A stretch of DNA of 59,709 nucleotides from an uncultured archaeon (GCA_964632315.1 CAZWEM010000003.1:14014-73722), one strand, 5' to 3'. Positions 40,181 through 50,403 are shown, counted from the stretch's first letter. Numbers and translations: made by a program. The notes: a model not told the origin generated them from the letters alone.

Positions 40181-41401
40181 ATGAGAAAATTTAATAAAAC
40201 AATCTTAGGTTTATCTGCCCTTCTAATTGTCATGATGATGGTAGGTATAAATTCTGTGACAGCTTGTGAAGATTACGTAGAAAATCGTGATATAGCTATA
40301 ACATCTTCCAAAACAAAGGGTTTTGCTAAATGGAAAAGCTCTAATGGTCAGTTCTATCTTCTTGTTAATGCTCAAGATTATTATAGTTTAGGATATTTGA
40401 CTGGAAAAGGCTTAATGGATCAAATTTTGACCATGGATGCCATTATAAAATCTTTAATTAGTTCTTATGGTTTTCGGCTGCAAGAAATCCTTTATTATGC
40501 TCAAATTTATGAGTTATTCATTCCAATGGAATATAAGGATGAGATGCAAGGCATGGCCGATGCGACGATGCTTACTTATTTGGATATTTTACTCCAAATC
40601 GTCTTCTTGGATTTATATTATGGGATTTTAATCCCCACACAAATTGGATTAGATGGAGTAGGAGCTTGTACTGCATTAGGTGTTAAGAATACTAAATGGC
40701 AAGTTACCATTGGACAAAACATGGATTTTGGTCTGGCGTTCCTACCAACATTATCATACGTAAAACACACTGTGATGGGAAAGCAGGCAGTATTTTCATT
40801 GAGAATGGGAGCTTCAACGTTAGCAATTGGAAAGAATAAGAGAGTGAGTAGTACTCTCACATTAGTTCAAACATGGAAAATGGCTAATTTTGGAACTCCT
40901 ACCGGAATTAAAGCAAGAATGGCATTTGAAAATTGTAAAAGTGCTTCAAAGTTCTTAGAGATAATGACATCATCATATTGTGCTAGTTGGAATTATATCA
41001 TATCTGATTTTAAAGGAAATGTTATAGCATCTGAAACTTTACCAGAATCATTTATAGTTCAGAACCTTAAATTCGGAGAAAGTGCAGTAAGAACGAATAC
41101 GTATATTTCGGAAGAATTGAAGTTATTCTTAATCGATCAAAGTTATTCTATCTCTCGTCAAATGAAAGCAGAGAAATTGATCGAAGAAAAACAAGAATCT
41201 AAATGGATCATTAGAGAAAGAGATTTAATGACTATTTTGAGATATTATGATGGAACAGATGCATCAATATGTCGATTTCCCAATCCAACCGATCCTACTT
41301 ATATTTGCACCGAAGCATTCTTTGTATCAGCAGGAGTTAGAAGGGGCTATTTTGGAATAGGAAATCCCATACAAAATTCTTGGGGTCGAATTCCAATTTA
41401 A
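40181..41401 (+). CDS. Secreted C45-family Ntn hydrolase/acyltransferase
   Basis: Signal peptide from ATG 40181; EMQGMADA, GACTALG, IGQNMD, WNYIISD, RTN. Confidence 0.85.
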   Translation: MRKFNKTILGLSALLIVMMMVGINSVTACEDYVENRDIAITSSKTKGFAKWKSSNGQFYLLVNAQDYYSLGYLTGKGLMDQILTMDAIIKSLISSYGFRLQEILYYAQIYELFIPMEYKDEMQGMADATMLTYLDILLQIVFLDLYYGILIPTQIGLDGVGACTALGVKNTKWQVTIGQNMDFGLAFLPTLSYVKHTVMGKQAVFSLRMGASTLAIGKNKRVSSTLTLVQTWKMANFGTPTGIKARMAFENCKSASKFLEIMTSSYCASWNYIISDFKGNVIASETLPESFIVQNLKFGESAVRTNTYISEELKLFLIDQSYSISRQMKAEKLIEEKQESKWIIRERDLMTILRYYDGTDASICRFPNPTDPTYICTEAFFVSAGVRRGYFGIGNPIQNSWGRIPI

Positions 41402-41477
41402 TTTTTTTTTTTATTTTTCGAGTTGTTTATAAATTTACTTGTAAAATCATTACAATTAATATCTGAATGGTTAATTC

Positions 41478-42743
41478 ATGAGTGATTCTGCCCCACATAA
41501 TTATTTTAGGTATTATTTTTATTTCTGGAGCGGTCAACTTTCATCCCTTTTAGGTTCAATAGTGGTTCAATTTGCGATTATATGGTGGATTACTGTAGAA
41601 ACGCAAAGTGTTTTAGTTTTATCATTTTCATCATTCCTTTATTTCCTTCCTCAAGTACTCTTCACTCCAATTGCGGGAGTAGTAATTGATAGATGGGATA
41701 GGAAAAAGTTAATCATTTTAGTCGATTCAAGTCAAGCTATCCTAACATTCATCCTTATATTACTAAATAACTTATTGTCTGGGATAGTCGGAATTTTATT
41801 AATAATTAGCATTAATTCATTTAGAGGAGTTTGCCAAGCTTTCCATTTTCCCGCAATAAATGCTGTGATACCTACAATGATCCCAAAAGAAAAGCTCTCT
41901 CGAGTCAATGGCCTTAATTCCACTTTAAATCAAGTAATACAGATAATTGGCCCCACCTTAGCTAGTATTCTTTTGGTAACTTTTCCTTTGCATTATGTTT
42001 TATATATAGATATATTAACTTTCCTGATTGCTTTTACATCGTTAATTATTATAAAAATTCCAATACCTGAAAGGAAGAATCGTAGCAAAAAATCCAAATT
42101 CTATGACGAATTTCAACAAGGATTTAAAATAGTGAAAGATATGCCCATAATTCTCATGTTAATTGTATTATTTATGGGTTTAAACTTTCTTTTGCAACCA
42201 ATCAGTGTCTTATTTTCTTACTTTGTAAATGTTACTCACAAGGGATCAGTGTTAGATTATGCATTCATCATGACACTTTTCCAATTTGGATTTTTTATGG
42301 GAGGGATGTTGATGACAATTAAAAAGCAATGGAAAAACAACATAAACTCTATCTTTTTTAGTATTGCTTTTGTGATGATTGGTTATTTTTTTCTGAGCTT
42401 AAGCCCGAAAAGTGCATATCTATATATTGGGGTAGTATTTGCTTTCATGGGATTTAATATTCCAATTACAAATTCTTTATTTCAAACACTACTCCAAACT
42501 AGGGTCCCCCATGAAAAATTTGGGAGAGTATTTTCAATTTATGTAGCTTTTTCGTGGTTAATGTCACCATTGGGAAAGTTAACTGTAGGATTTATAGGGG
42601 AGGTGATTTCTATTGAACACATATTTCTTTTTTGTTCATTTATCGGTATTGGTTTATTGACAACAATTTACTATGCTTTACGTTTAAAACAAAAAAAAGA
42701 AGATTTAGCCATAATCCTAACTGAGAGCTCTATAAATAACTAG
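41478..42743 (+). CDS. MFS transporter (macrolide-efflux/DHA3-like)
   Basis: GQLSSLLGS, AGVVIDRWDRK, about 12 TM. Confidence 0.92.
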   Translation: MSDSAPHNYFRYYFYFWSGQLSSLLGSIVVQFAIIWWITVETQSVLVLSFSSFLYFLPQVLFTPIAGVVIDRWDRKKLIILVDSSQAILTFILILLNNLLSGIVGILLIISINSFRGVCQAFHFPAINAVIPTMIPKEKLSRVNGLNSTLNQVIQIIGPTLASILLVTFPLHYVLYIDILTFLIAFTSLIIIKIPIPERKNRSKKSKFYDEFQQGFKIVKDMPIILMLIVLFMGLNFLLQPISVLFSYFVNVTHKGSVLDYAFIMTLFQFGFFMGGMLMTIKKQWKNNINSIFFSIAFVMIGYFFLSLSPKSAYLYIGVVFAFMGFNIPITNSLFQTLLQTRVPHEKFGRVFSIYVAFSWLMSPLGKLTVGFIGEVISIEHIFLFCSFIGIGLLTTIYYALRLKQKKEDLAIILTESSINN

Positions 42744-42816
42744 GATCCTTTTTTTTCTTTTGATGCATATAATTTATTATAGTTAAATGATTGTGCAAAA
42801 GGAGAAATAAGTTATT

Positions 42817-43035
42817 TTGAATGTTGATGACATTATTATTAGCTTTTTAAGGGCTAACTCCGGTAAAGCTTTTACACCAGAAAGTTTAGTAAAAAGAATT
42901 GAAGGCAATTTCCAAAATCCTGACCAATTAAAATACTTTCAAAAAAATACTCAAGGATTGCTTAATAGATTAACCTTTAGTTTTAAAATTAACACCGAGG
43001 AATATAATGGAACGAATTATTATTTCATAGAATAA
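42817..43035 (+). CDS. Small winged-helix-like hypothetical protein
   Basis: IISFLRANSGKAFT...LLNRL...YY pattern. Confidence 0.55.
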   Translation: MNVDDIIISFLRANSGKAFTPESLVKRIEGNFQNPDQLKYFQKNTQGLLNRLTFSFKINTEEYNGTNYYFIE

Positions 43036-43136
43036 AAGAATTGTTTATTTTTTTCAGATAAAATTTCATTTTACGTTTGCTTACTCATGATTTATAAGAA
43101 AAAGCCTTATTGCTTTTATCTAATTCTAGAAGCTAG

Positions 43137-43910
43137 ATGTCAGACGTTATGCCAACTTTATTCGTTGGTCATGGTTCTCCCATGAATGGAATCGAAGATA
43201 ATGAATTTGCGCAGGCATGGCAAAAATTAGCATTAGAGATTCCTAAACCAGAATTAATTTTAAGCATCTCTGCTCATTGGGTAACACAGGGAACCAGGCT
43301 AACTGCTAATGACAAATTAAAAACAATCCATGATTTTTATGGTTTTCCCCAAGAATTATATAACATTGATTATCCCGCTTCAGGGGCACCTAGAACTGCT
43401 GAAAAGATAATAGAACAAGTAAATGATCTTCATATTAACCTTGATAATAGTTGGGGTTTAGATCATGGGACGTGGATCGTGCTTAGAAGGATGTATCCTA
43501 AAGCGCGAATACCGGTTATCCAACTGAGTTTAGATTATGCTAAGTCTCCAAATGAACATTTTGAACTGGGAAAAAAACTAAAAAAGTTAAGAAGTCAAGG
43601 CGTGCTGATACTTGGGAGTGGTAACATCGTCCACAATTTAGGAATGATGAATCCATATACACATGCACCTTTTGAATGGGCAATCAAGTATGATGAATTA
43701 ATTAAAGATTTAATCGAGCAAACGGATTATCCTTCCATCATCAATTACCAAAAATTTGGTGAAATAGCCCAATTATCTATTCCTACAAATGAACATTATT
43801 TACCACTTTTATATATCTTAGCAGCAAGTGATGAAAAGGATACTTTATCATTTAGTTGTGAGAAGATTGTTTATGGTTCTGTTTCAATGAGGTGTGTGCT
43901 TTTTTCTTAA
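43137..43910 (+). CDS. ygiD: 4,5-DOPA dioxygenase extradiol (LigB family)
   Basis: LFVGHGSPMN, SISAHW, TIHDFYGFP, GLDHGTW, GSGNIVHNL, PTNEHYLPL. Confidence 0.92.
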   Translation: MSDVMPTLFVGHGSPMNGIEDNEFAQAWQKLALEIPKPELILSISAHWVTQGTRLTANDKLKTIHDFYGFPQELYNIDYPASGAPRTAEKIIEQVNDLHINLDNSWGLDHGTWIVLRRMYPKARIPVIQLSLDYAKSPNEHFELGKKLKKLRSQGVLILGSGNIVHNLGMMNPYTHAPFEWAIKYDELIKDLIEQTDYPSIINYQKFGEIAQLSIPTNEHYLPLLYILAASDEKDTLSFSCEKIVYGSVSMRCVLFS

Positions 43911-44043
43911 GTTAGATCAATTTTAGCCATTATTAAAAATGAATTATATAGGAAATTTATCCTACTTATTAAATATGAGAAGTAGCTTTAAATTTCTAAT
44001 TGAAACAGAAATTGATACAGCAAATTTAAAGTGAAAAATTATA

Positions 44044-44667
44044 ATGGATGAATTATCAGAAGCAATTTCGAATTTAGAAGAAGACAAGGTTTTACAATTA
44101 GTCAAGGAAAGAATTGACAAAGGTGAAGATCCGATTAAAATTCTAGATGCTTGTCGAATGGGAATGGCTAAAATTGGTGAAGGTGCTGGTGATACAGTGT
44201 TCTTAACTGATCTGATCATGGCGGGTGAGATTTTTAATGAAGCAATGGAGATACTCATGCCTAAATTAAGCAGTGATACATCTGAAAATTTGGGTAAAGT
44301 AGTGATTGGTACTGTTCAAGGAGATATTCATAACATAGGAAAGGATATCGCAATCAATTTTCTTAAAGCAGAAGGTTTTGAAGTAATTGATTTAGGTGTT
44401 GACGTTCCTCCCGAAAAATTTGTTGAAGCAATTGATGAATATGATCCCATGGTTGTTGGAATGAGTGGACTATTAACATTATCAATAGAACCAATGAAAA
44501 AAAGCGTTGAGGCAATAAAAGCTGCAAATAAGAGAGATAAAGTAAAAGTAATTATTGGAGGAGAAAGAACTGATGATGAGGTTTGTAGCTATGTTGGTGC
44601 GGATGCTTGGGTCAATGATGCAATTGAAGGAGTAAAAATCATAAAAAAATGGGCAGGGGTGGCATAA
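44044..44667 (+). CDS. Corrinoid (B12-binding) protein, MtaC/MtbC-like
   Basis: GTVQGDIHNIGK (DxHxxG), DLGVDVP, MSGLLT, IIGG. Confidence 0.93.
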   Translation: MDELSEAISNLEEDKVLQLVKERIDKGEDPIKILDACRMGMAKIGEGAGDTVFLTDLIMAGEIFNEAMEILMPKLSSDTSENLGKVVIGTVQGDIHNIGKDIAINFLKAEGFEVIDLGVDVPPEKFVEAIDEYDPMVVGMSGLLTLSIEPMKKSVEAIKAANKRDKVKVIIGGERTDDEVCSYVGADAWVNDAIEGVKIIKKWAGVA

Positions 44668-44671
44668 ATAA

Positions 44672-45928
44672 ATGGAAAATGCAGAAGAGATAATTAAAAC
44701 AAAAATTGAAAGATTAGAAGTAACTACTGCCTTAAAAACTCCCGATAGAGTACCAATTGGGATAGCAACTACTTATTTTCCTGCAAAATATGCTGGTGTG
44801 TCTTATGAACAAATTTGGCACGATAATGATAAATATATTGAAGTTGGGACTAAATTTTCACGAGACTTCAATTGGGATGCGTTAAGCCTTCATCGTTCAT
44901 TTGAAAGCGTTCCTCTTGGGCTTGCTTTAGCAGGATTTAATCCAGATTTAGCTATAGGCGTTGCGGTTTCTTCAGTTTTAGCAGGAGGGGCATCTCATGA
45001 TATATTAGCAGACGTCTACTCTTCCAACCCAGGGAGAGAATTAGGTGAAAATAATGAATCTCAATGGGTAATAGAGACTCCAGTCATGAATGCTGATGAG
45101 TATGATCAATTTAATGAGAAACCATTTGACTTTTTAATGGGAAAAGTTATCCCAAGAGCGTATAAGAACCTTTCTGATCCTGGTTCTCCCACTGCAGTGG
45201 GTTCCTTATTACTAATGGGCCAAGAAGTAGCAAAATTTCCTGGCTTTTTAACCAAATTTGTAGGAGAGATGAAAAAAGAAGCATGGCTTCCTTGGTATTA
45301 TGCCCTTGCTCCCAATCCTTTAGATTTCATAGGAGCCTTCTTGAGGGACTTCGATGTCCTTTCGCTGGATTTATATAGATCTCCAGAAAAAGTCAAGAAG
45401 GCTTGCGAAACTTTAGCTCCTGTTCTCGCAGCAGTGGGGAAAATGACTGGTACTATTTCTCGGGATGTTACTGGTTCTAAGAGAGTATTTTTTCCGATGT
45501 GGTATAATACTTATTTATCTCCTGAAAAGTTCAGGGAATTTCATTTCCCGTACATCAAGCAAATGGTAAATGAAGTAGTTGAAGCGGGTTTTACTCCTCT
45601 AATGAGTATTCAAGGCAGGGCAGATCACTTACTAGACCAGTTTAAAGAGCTTCCTGAAGGGAAAGTTATTTTATGGTTTGATAAAACGAATCTTGTTAAA
45701 GCAAGAGAAGTGGTAGGTGATAAATTTTGTCTGGCTGGAGGAGTCCCCTCATCGCTTCTTATTGGAGGAACTCCAGAAAAAATTAGAGCTCATATTGAGA
45801 AATTGATGGATGCCCTAAAAGGTGATGGAGGGTTAATTATTTCCACTGAATTCAATGGAATGGGAGACGCTAAGGTTGAAAACGTTAAAGCTTTAACAGA
45901 AGCAGTAATGAAATATGGGAAATATTAA
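44672..45928 (+). CDS. URO-D/MtaA-CmuA family methyltransferase
   Basis: PDRVPI, LSPEKFREF, CLAGGVP..LL..GTPE, KVENVKAL. Confidence 0.88.
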   Translation: MENAEEIIKTKIERLEVTTALKTPDRVPIGIATTYFPAKYAGVSYEQIWHDNDKYIEVGTKFSRDFNWDALSLHRSFESVPLGLALAGFNPDLAIGVAVSSVLAGGASHDILADVYSSNPGRELGENNESQWVIETPVMNADEYDQFNEKPFDFLMGKVIPRAYKNLSDPGSPTAVGSLLLMGQEVAKFPGFLTKFVGEMKKEAWLPWYYALAPNPLDFIGAFLRDFDVLSLDLYRSPEKVKKACETLAPVLAAVGKMTGTISRDVTGSKRVFFPMWYNTYLSPEKFREFHFPYIKQMVNEVVEAGFTPLMSIQGRADHLLDQFKELPEGKVILWFDKTNLVKAREVVGDKFCLAGGVPSSLLIGGTPEKIRAHIEKLMDALKGDGGLIISTEFNGMGDAKVENVKALTEAVMKYGKY

Positions 45929-45939
45929 CTCTTTTTTTT

Positions 45940-46554
45940 TTATTTAAAACACGCTAAACCAAATCTATATGAATATTTATTAGATGGATATTCAATTTCG
46001 ATTTTATTACGTTTTCTTAGATCTAAAACTGTTCTAATTACTTCAATTCCAACTGCTTCCATAGAATATCTTCTTTCTGTTGGATAACGACAAGGATCCC
46101 CATCATCAAAATTACAGGCCCCCTTTCCTTGGATCTTACAGTATTTACACGTTCCATCATATAAAAGAAGTTTTTTTGAATAGTGACTTTTATATTTTGA
46201 TAAAAAAGAGGTGAATTCATTTTCTAAATCGTAATTATCGAAGCTTTTCGTGAGTAAAAAGGTATTCTTAATGTAAAATTCCGATCTATTCGTTCTTTCC
46301 TTTTCTTTTTTAATATACGATTCCAAATCAAATTTAGAATAAATTAAGAAAAATTCTTTATAAGTTGATAGTGCCTTTTCGAGAAATGGAGCATTAGGGG
46401 GACAACTCCACGAATGTCCATAAAAGGGACACTTAAAACTTGGTGACACACACATCTCTTGAATTTTAGGATCGAAATATATGTCTTCATATTGTATTTG
46501 AACGAAAGGCATCTTTAGGTGGAAAAAGTTAATGAAAATTTTAAGGTTATTCAT
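45940..46554 (-). CDS. DUF2284 family predicted metal-binding protein
   Basis: C..YGHSWSCPP, GTCKYC, CRYP..RRYSMEAVGIEV. Confidence 0.85.
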   Translation of the reverse strand: MNNLKIFINFFHLKMPFVQIQYEDIYFDPKIQEMCVSPSFKCPFYGHSWSCPPNAPFLEKALSTYKEFFLIYSKFDLESYIKKEKERTNRSEFYIKNTFLLTKSFDNYDLENEFTSFLSKYKSHYSKKLLLYDGTCKYCKIQGKGACNFDDGDPCRYPTERRYSMEAVGIEVIRTVLDLRKRNKIEIEYPSNKYSYRFGLACFK

Positions 46555-46706
46555 TTTAAAATATTAGGTTATCCGGATAATGATTTAATTTGATATCGTC
46601 CAATGTCCCATAAAAATAGAGGTTTAATCTTTTTAATAAAAAGGTTATATGATTTGAAATATTGAATTTCATATTAAATATGCATCCCCGATAAGGTGAT
46701 TATGAC

Positions 46707-47720
46707 ATAGATTCTTTTACTCGAGTATATGCTGCCTTAAAAGGTGATGCAGTTGATAGAGCTCCCATTTTTCCGCAAATAGGTGATCATGCGGGGATTA
46801 TTGATGGGCTAAGTTTTAATACCATGTATAGGGATGCAAAAAAAGCGGCTAACGCTCATATTAAGGCTTTAAAGTTATATGGATATGATATTGATACAAT
46901 TCAAGTAGAACCAAGCTGGCCTGTCAGCGAATCGTGTGGTGCAGAAGTGAATTATCCTCGAGATAAAAATCCATGGATTACTAGATTTCCTATACAAGAC
47001 AAAGTAAATCTCGAAGAATTAGAAATTCCCAATTTCATAGAATTTGGTAGCACAAGAGTAATGATCGAAGGTACTAATTTACTTAGTAAAAACGCAAACG
47101 TTCCTATTGCAGCATACATGACTGGTCCTATTACCTTCAGTTTTCAGTTAATGCCGTATGAATTATTAATTCCAAAATTGATAAAAGATCCTAAATTTGC
47201 TCACCACTTAGTCAAGAAAAGTATTGATATTATCAAAGAATACATAAAATTATTGAAAGAAGCAGGAGCATCGATACTTGTGTTATGCGAACATGACTAT
47301 CAAATGTTAAAACCACAGCAAGTTAAAGAATTTAGTTTAAATTACATGGAAGCGCTTCTCGGTATTTATGATTTTAATGTCCTCCACATGTGTGGAAAAG
47401 TCTCAACTCACTTACAATATTTAGGGAATTTTATAAAACAGATTAAAAATCTGGATATGATTAGTATAGATTCTTTTGTAAGTATTACAGAAACTCATAA
47501 TTTGCTTGGAGATAATATAGGTGTTGCAGGGAATATCGATCACGTAAGATTACTTCCAAGGGGATCTCCTCAAAGAATTAAAGAAGCTATATTTAGGGCA
47601 TTAAAAGAAAATAAAAATAACCCTCGATTCATGGTAGCTCCAGGCTGTGAAATTACAGCAGATACTCCAATTGAGAATGTAAAAGCATTCGTAAGTGCTG
47701 CTATTTCCTTTAATAGTTAA
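46707..47720 (+). CDS. URO-D/MtaA family methyltransferase (probable ATA start)
   Basis: Conserved N-terminus DSFTRVYAALKGDAVDRAPIFP lies upstream of the track ATG 46824; Zn ligands LHMCG and APGCE. Confidence 0.88.
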   Translation: MDSFTRVYAALKGDAVDRAPIFPQIGDHAGIIDGLSFNTMYRDAKKAANAHIKALKLYGYDIDTIQVEPSWPVSESCGAEVNYPRDKNPWITRFPIQDKVNLEELEIPNFIEFGSTRVMIEGTNLLSKNANVPIAAYMTGPITFSFQLMPYELLIPKLIKDPKFAHHLVKKSIDIIKEYIKLLKEAGASILVLCEHDYQMLKPQQVKEFSLNYMEALLGIYDFNVLHMCGKVSTHLQYLGNFIKQIKNLDMISIDSFVSITETHNLLGDNIGVAGNIDHVRLLPRGSPQRIKEAIFRALKENKNNPRFMVAPGCEITADTPIENVKAFVSAAISFNS

Positions 47721-47794
47721 AAATTACCAATTTGAAAAATATAAAAATATGAAATTTTAAAGTGAATGGAGACTGGAATCCAGAGGTAAAAAAA

Positions 47795-48721
47795 ATGGAA
47801 CATCTTACTGAACAAGAACGGAAAGAATACCGAGAAAAATTAGCAAGTTCAAGACCTTTTAGTTTGAAAGAATGGAAAGTATTTCGTGGAGAGGTAAATA
47901 AATTAAGAGGAACAAAAACTAAAAACCCTCAATATGCTATCCTCTTTATAAATGATGATAAAGCTTGTCTTGATCTTGTTGGGGCATATTATAAAGCAAA
48001 AGGGATAACATACAGGGGCATATCAGATGCAGTAAAAGGATTAAAAGAATTAATAACCAATCCTCCTCAACTTATAATGTTGGATGATATTATGCCTGAC
48101 ATAAGTGGTTTTAAAATCTATGAATATATAAAATCTGATCCAAAACTGAAACATATTCCTGTAGTAATGTTTATTTCTTGGTTAACTAGTAAGTGGATAT
48201 ATCATTCAGATTTTAAACCCGATGGGTATTGTTGTTATCCTTTTTCTTTTCGTGATCTCGATGTATCTATCAATATCCTCGCAAAAAAGGGTAATATAAA
48301 AATACCACAAATGACCGAACAAGAACTTAATGAAAGACTCAGGGAGAATTTGAAGCCATTATTCTCAAAAGAAGAAAAAACTATGGCGAGAAAAGAGGAA
48401 ATATCAAAAAAGCCCAAAAGAACAAAAGAAATGGATGCTAAAGCTCAAGAATATTACAATAAAATATTAAAATATAGTTTAGGAACTAAAAAGGCCGTGG
48501 AACGTGAATTAACTCATTACAAAGAAATAAGATTTGAAGATATTTCACAGGAAAGAATAATTTTATCTTATAAACTGTTGATACATTGTTATAGCGACAT
48601 CCACAGGTACGAATCGTTGCTACTCACAGGAAGGGTAGAAGAATTCGATTTTAGAGGAATTGAAAAAGAGATTCGAGAAACATATAACATTCCTGATTCT
48701 ATTCCAATTTTATTTAAATGA
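47795..48721 (+). CDS. Atypical response-regulator receiver domain protein
   Basis: LFINDD, PQLIMLDDIMPDISG, HIPVV; the conserved KP is replaced by YP. Confidence 0.8.
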   Translation: MEHLTEQERKEYREKLASSRPFSLKEWKVFRGEVNKLRGTKTKNPQYAILFINDDKACLDLVGAYYKAKGITYRGISDAVKGLKELITNPPQLIMLDDIMPDISGFKIYEYIKSDPKLKHIPVVMFISWLTSKWIYHSDFKPDGYCCYPFSFRDLDVSINILAKKGNIKIPQMTEQELNERLRENLKPLFSKEEKTMARKEEISKKPKRTKEMDAKAQEYYNKILKYSLGTKKAVERELTHYKEIRFEDISQERIILSYKLLIHCYSDIHRYESLLLTGRVEEFDFRGIEKEIRETYNIPDSIPILFK

Positions 48722-48753
48722 ATTTTTATTCTTAATTAAAGAGGTGGAAAAAA

Positions 48754-49080
48754 ATGGAAATGAAACCGAAAAAAAAACAAGCTTTAAAAAAACGGGCAAG
48801 TGAATTACATGAACGAAGTCTACAACTTAAAACTATTGCTGAGAACAATTTAGAAAACGAATTACAAAAAAAGACTCCAAATTTAGAAATTATAGAACAT
48901 CATATTAATGTTATAGTTCATCAATCAATGCAAATAGAATATTATCGTTTGGTATCAGAAAATAAGGGCTTTGAAGCTTTAACGAGTCAAACCCCTGAAT
49001 ATTTTGCTAAAATAAGAACCCAAATTAAAAATTCATTATATAAAAAATATAATCTGAATCCTAATGACATGAAATTATAA
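48754..49080 (+). CDS. Hypothetical protein
   Basis: GAGGTGG RBS, 108 aa. Confidence 0.7.
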   Translation: MEMKPKKKQALKKRASELHERSLQLKTIAENNLENELQKKTPNLEIIEHHINVIVHQSMQIEYYRLVSENKGFEALTSQTPEYFAKIRTQIKNSLYKKYNLNPNDMKL

Positions 49081-49369
49081 CTCTATTTTAATTTAGATAA
49101 ATTATTTGTTATAATATCCCTTTTGTTCCAAAGACATTTCGCCATGTATGAAATAATATCCCTCCTAAATATTTGTTCGGATTTTGGCAAGAATGATGGA
49201 GTTCTTGCCACCGACTGCTATGAAAGAGGTAATTGGGTTAGATGATTAATAATTAATAAGGCGTGACGCAAATGCTATAAAGTATTCAAATATAACAATT
49301 GGTAAATATATTTATTAATACGATCAAACATTACTGTTTATAGGGTAATGATAATTCGTCTTAAAAATC

Positions 49370-49888
49370 TTGTCTAGTTTTAAATTAAAAGTACTGCTTC
49401 TAGGCGGACCCGATTCGCAAAAATCGGAGCTCATGCAAAAGTTTATAAAAAATCGGTTTGCGGCAAATTATAAACTCACAGTTGGAGTTGAAATTTTGAC
49501 GAAAGACGTGGAATTCAAGCCTCAGGAAGTTGCTACTTTAAGTATCTGGGATGTTGGGAGGCAACAACGATTCGAATTTATTCGTAGTACGTTTTATAGA
49601 GGTGCTGCAGGTGCAATCATCGTATTCAATTTGAATCGAAGGACTAGTTTAATTCAAGTTGCATCATGGATAGCGAACCTTCGAAAGTATGCTGGTCCAA
49701 AAATCCCCATATGTTTAATCGGAAATAACATCTATTCGATGGAAAAAGATCAGGGAATTGAGCAAGAAATTCAGCATTTAACCAATAATGAAGATATGAT
49801 ATATATCGAAACGTCACCTAGTTCTGGGAACTATATTGAAGAGATGTTTGTAGGGCTCACGACTAAAATAATTGAAAGTCGAGGATAG
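49370..49888 (+). CDS. Rab-like small GTPase with degenerate G1/G3/G4 motifs
   Basis: KVLLLGGPDSQKS, YKLTVGVE, IWDVGRQQRF, FYRGAAGAIIVF, LIGNNIY, YIETSP. Confidence 0.88.
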   Translation: MSSFKLKVLLLGGPDSQKSELMQKFIKNRFAANYKLTVGVEILTKDVEFKPQEVATLSIWDVGRQQRFEFIRSTFYRGAAGAIIVFNLNRRTSLIQVASWIANLRKYAGPKIPICLIGNNIYSMEKDQGIEQEIQHLTNNEDMIYIETSPSSGNYIEEMFVGLTTKIIESRG

Positions 49889-49905
49889 GATGGGATAAAT
49901 TAGAG

Positions 49906-50403
49906 GTGAAAAGCTATGAAAAGAAAAATTGTGAAAAGAAATACTGTGAAAAGAAAAGATGTAAAAAAAAAGTGTCCGAACTTCCAGTATATACGTTTAA
50001 GGTTGCGATTGATGGAATAGATATAAACTCTGTAATGTCCATTCTTCAAATCCAAACTAAACTTTTTGGGACAAAAAGTTTTTATATAGGAGGAAGAGAA
50101 GTTGTGTTTCTTATTAAAACAATACGTCTTTTTGATCCACGTGTAAAGGACTACGTTATAGTAAAAGTACAGGTATGGGTCATGACTAATGAAGAACGCC
50201 TTTCTTTTCTCGTACCACAATATTTTACTGCTTCTAATGTTGCTTTCTTTATTAAGGAAAATAACATCAGATCAGTAGAAGAATTCCAAGCAATGGTTAA
50301 AAATAGAGGCAATCCCATAATTAAGATTTTAGATACACCACAAGAATTCACTCTTGAACTCTTTGAATCTGCAATGAAAGAATTGATCGAGAGATATGAT
50401 TAA
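49906..50403 (+). CDS. Highly degenerate Rab-like protein (start uncertain; possible frameshift)
   Basis: YTFKVAIDG, VKVQVWVMTNEERLSFLVPQYF retain Rab core spacing; no P-loop. Confidence 0.6.
   Translation: MKSYEKKNCEKKYCEKKRCKKKVSELPVYTFKVAIDGIDINSVMSILQIQTKLFGTKSFYIGGREVVFLIKTIRLFDPRVKDYVIVKVQVWVMTNEERLSFLVPQYFTASNVAFFIKENNIRSVEEFQAMVKNRGNPIIKILDTPQEFTLELFESAMKELIERYD

Noticed and set aside
49185-49250. Fluoride (crcB) riboswitch-like GATGGAGTTC..GCC
   Set aside because: No downstream ACTCC pseudoknot partner, and no fluoride-related gene follows.
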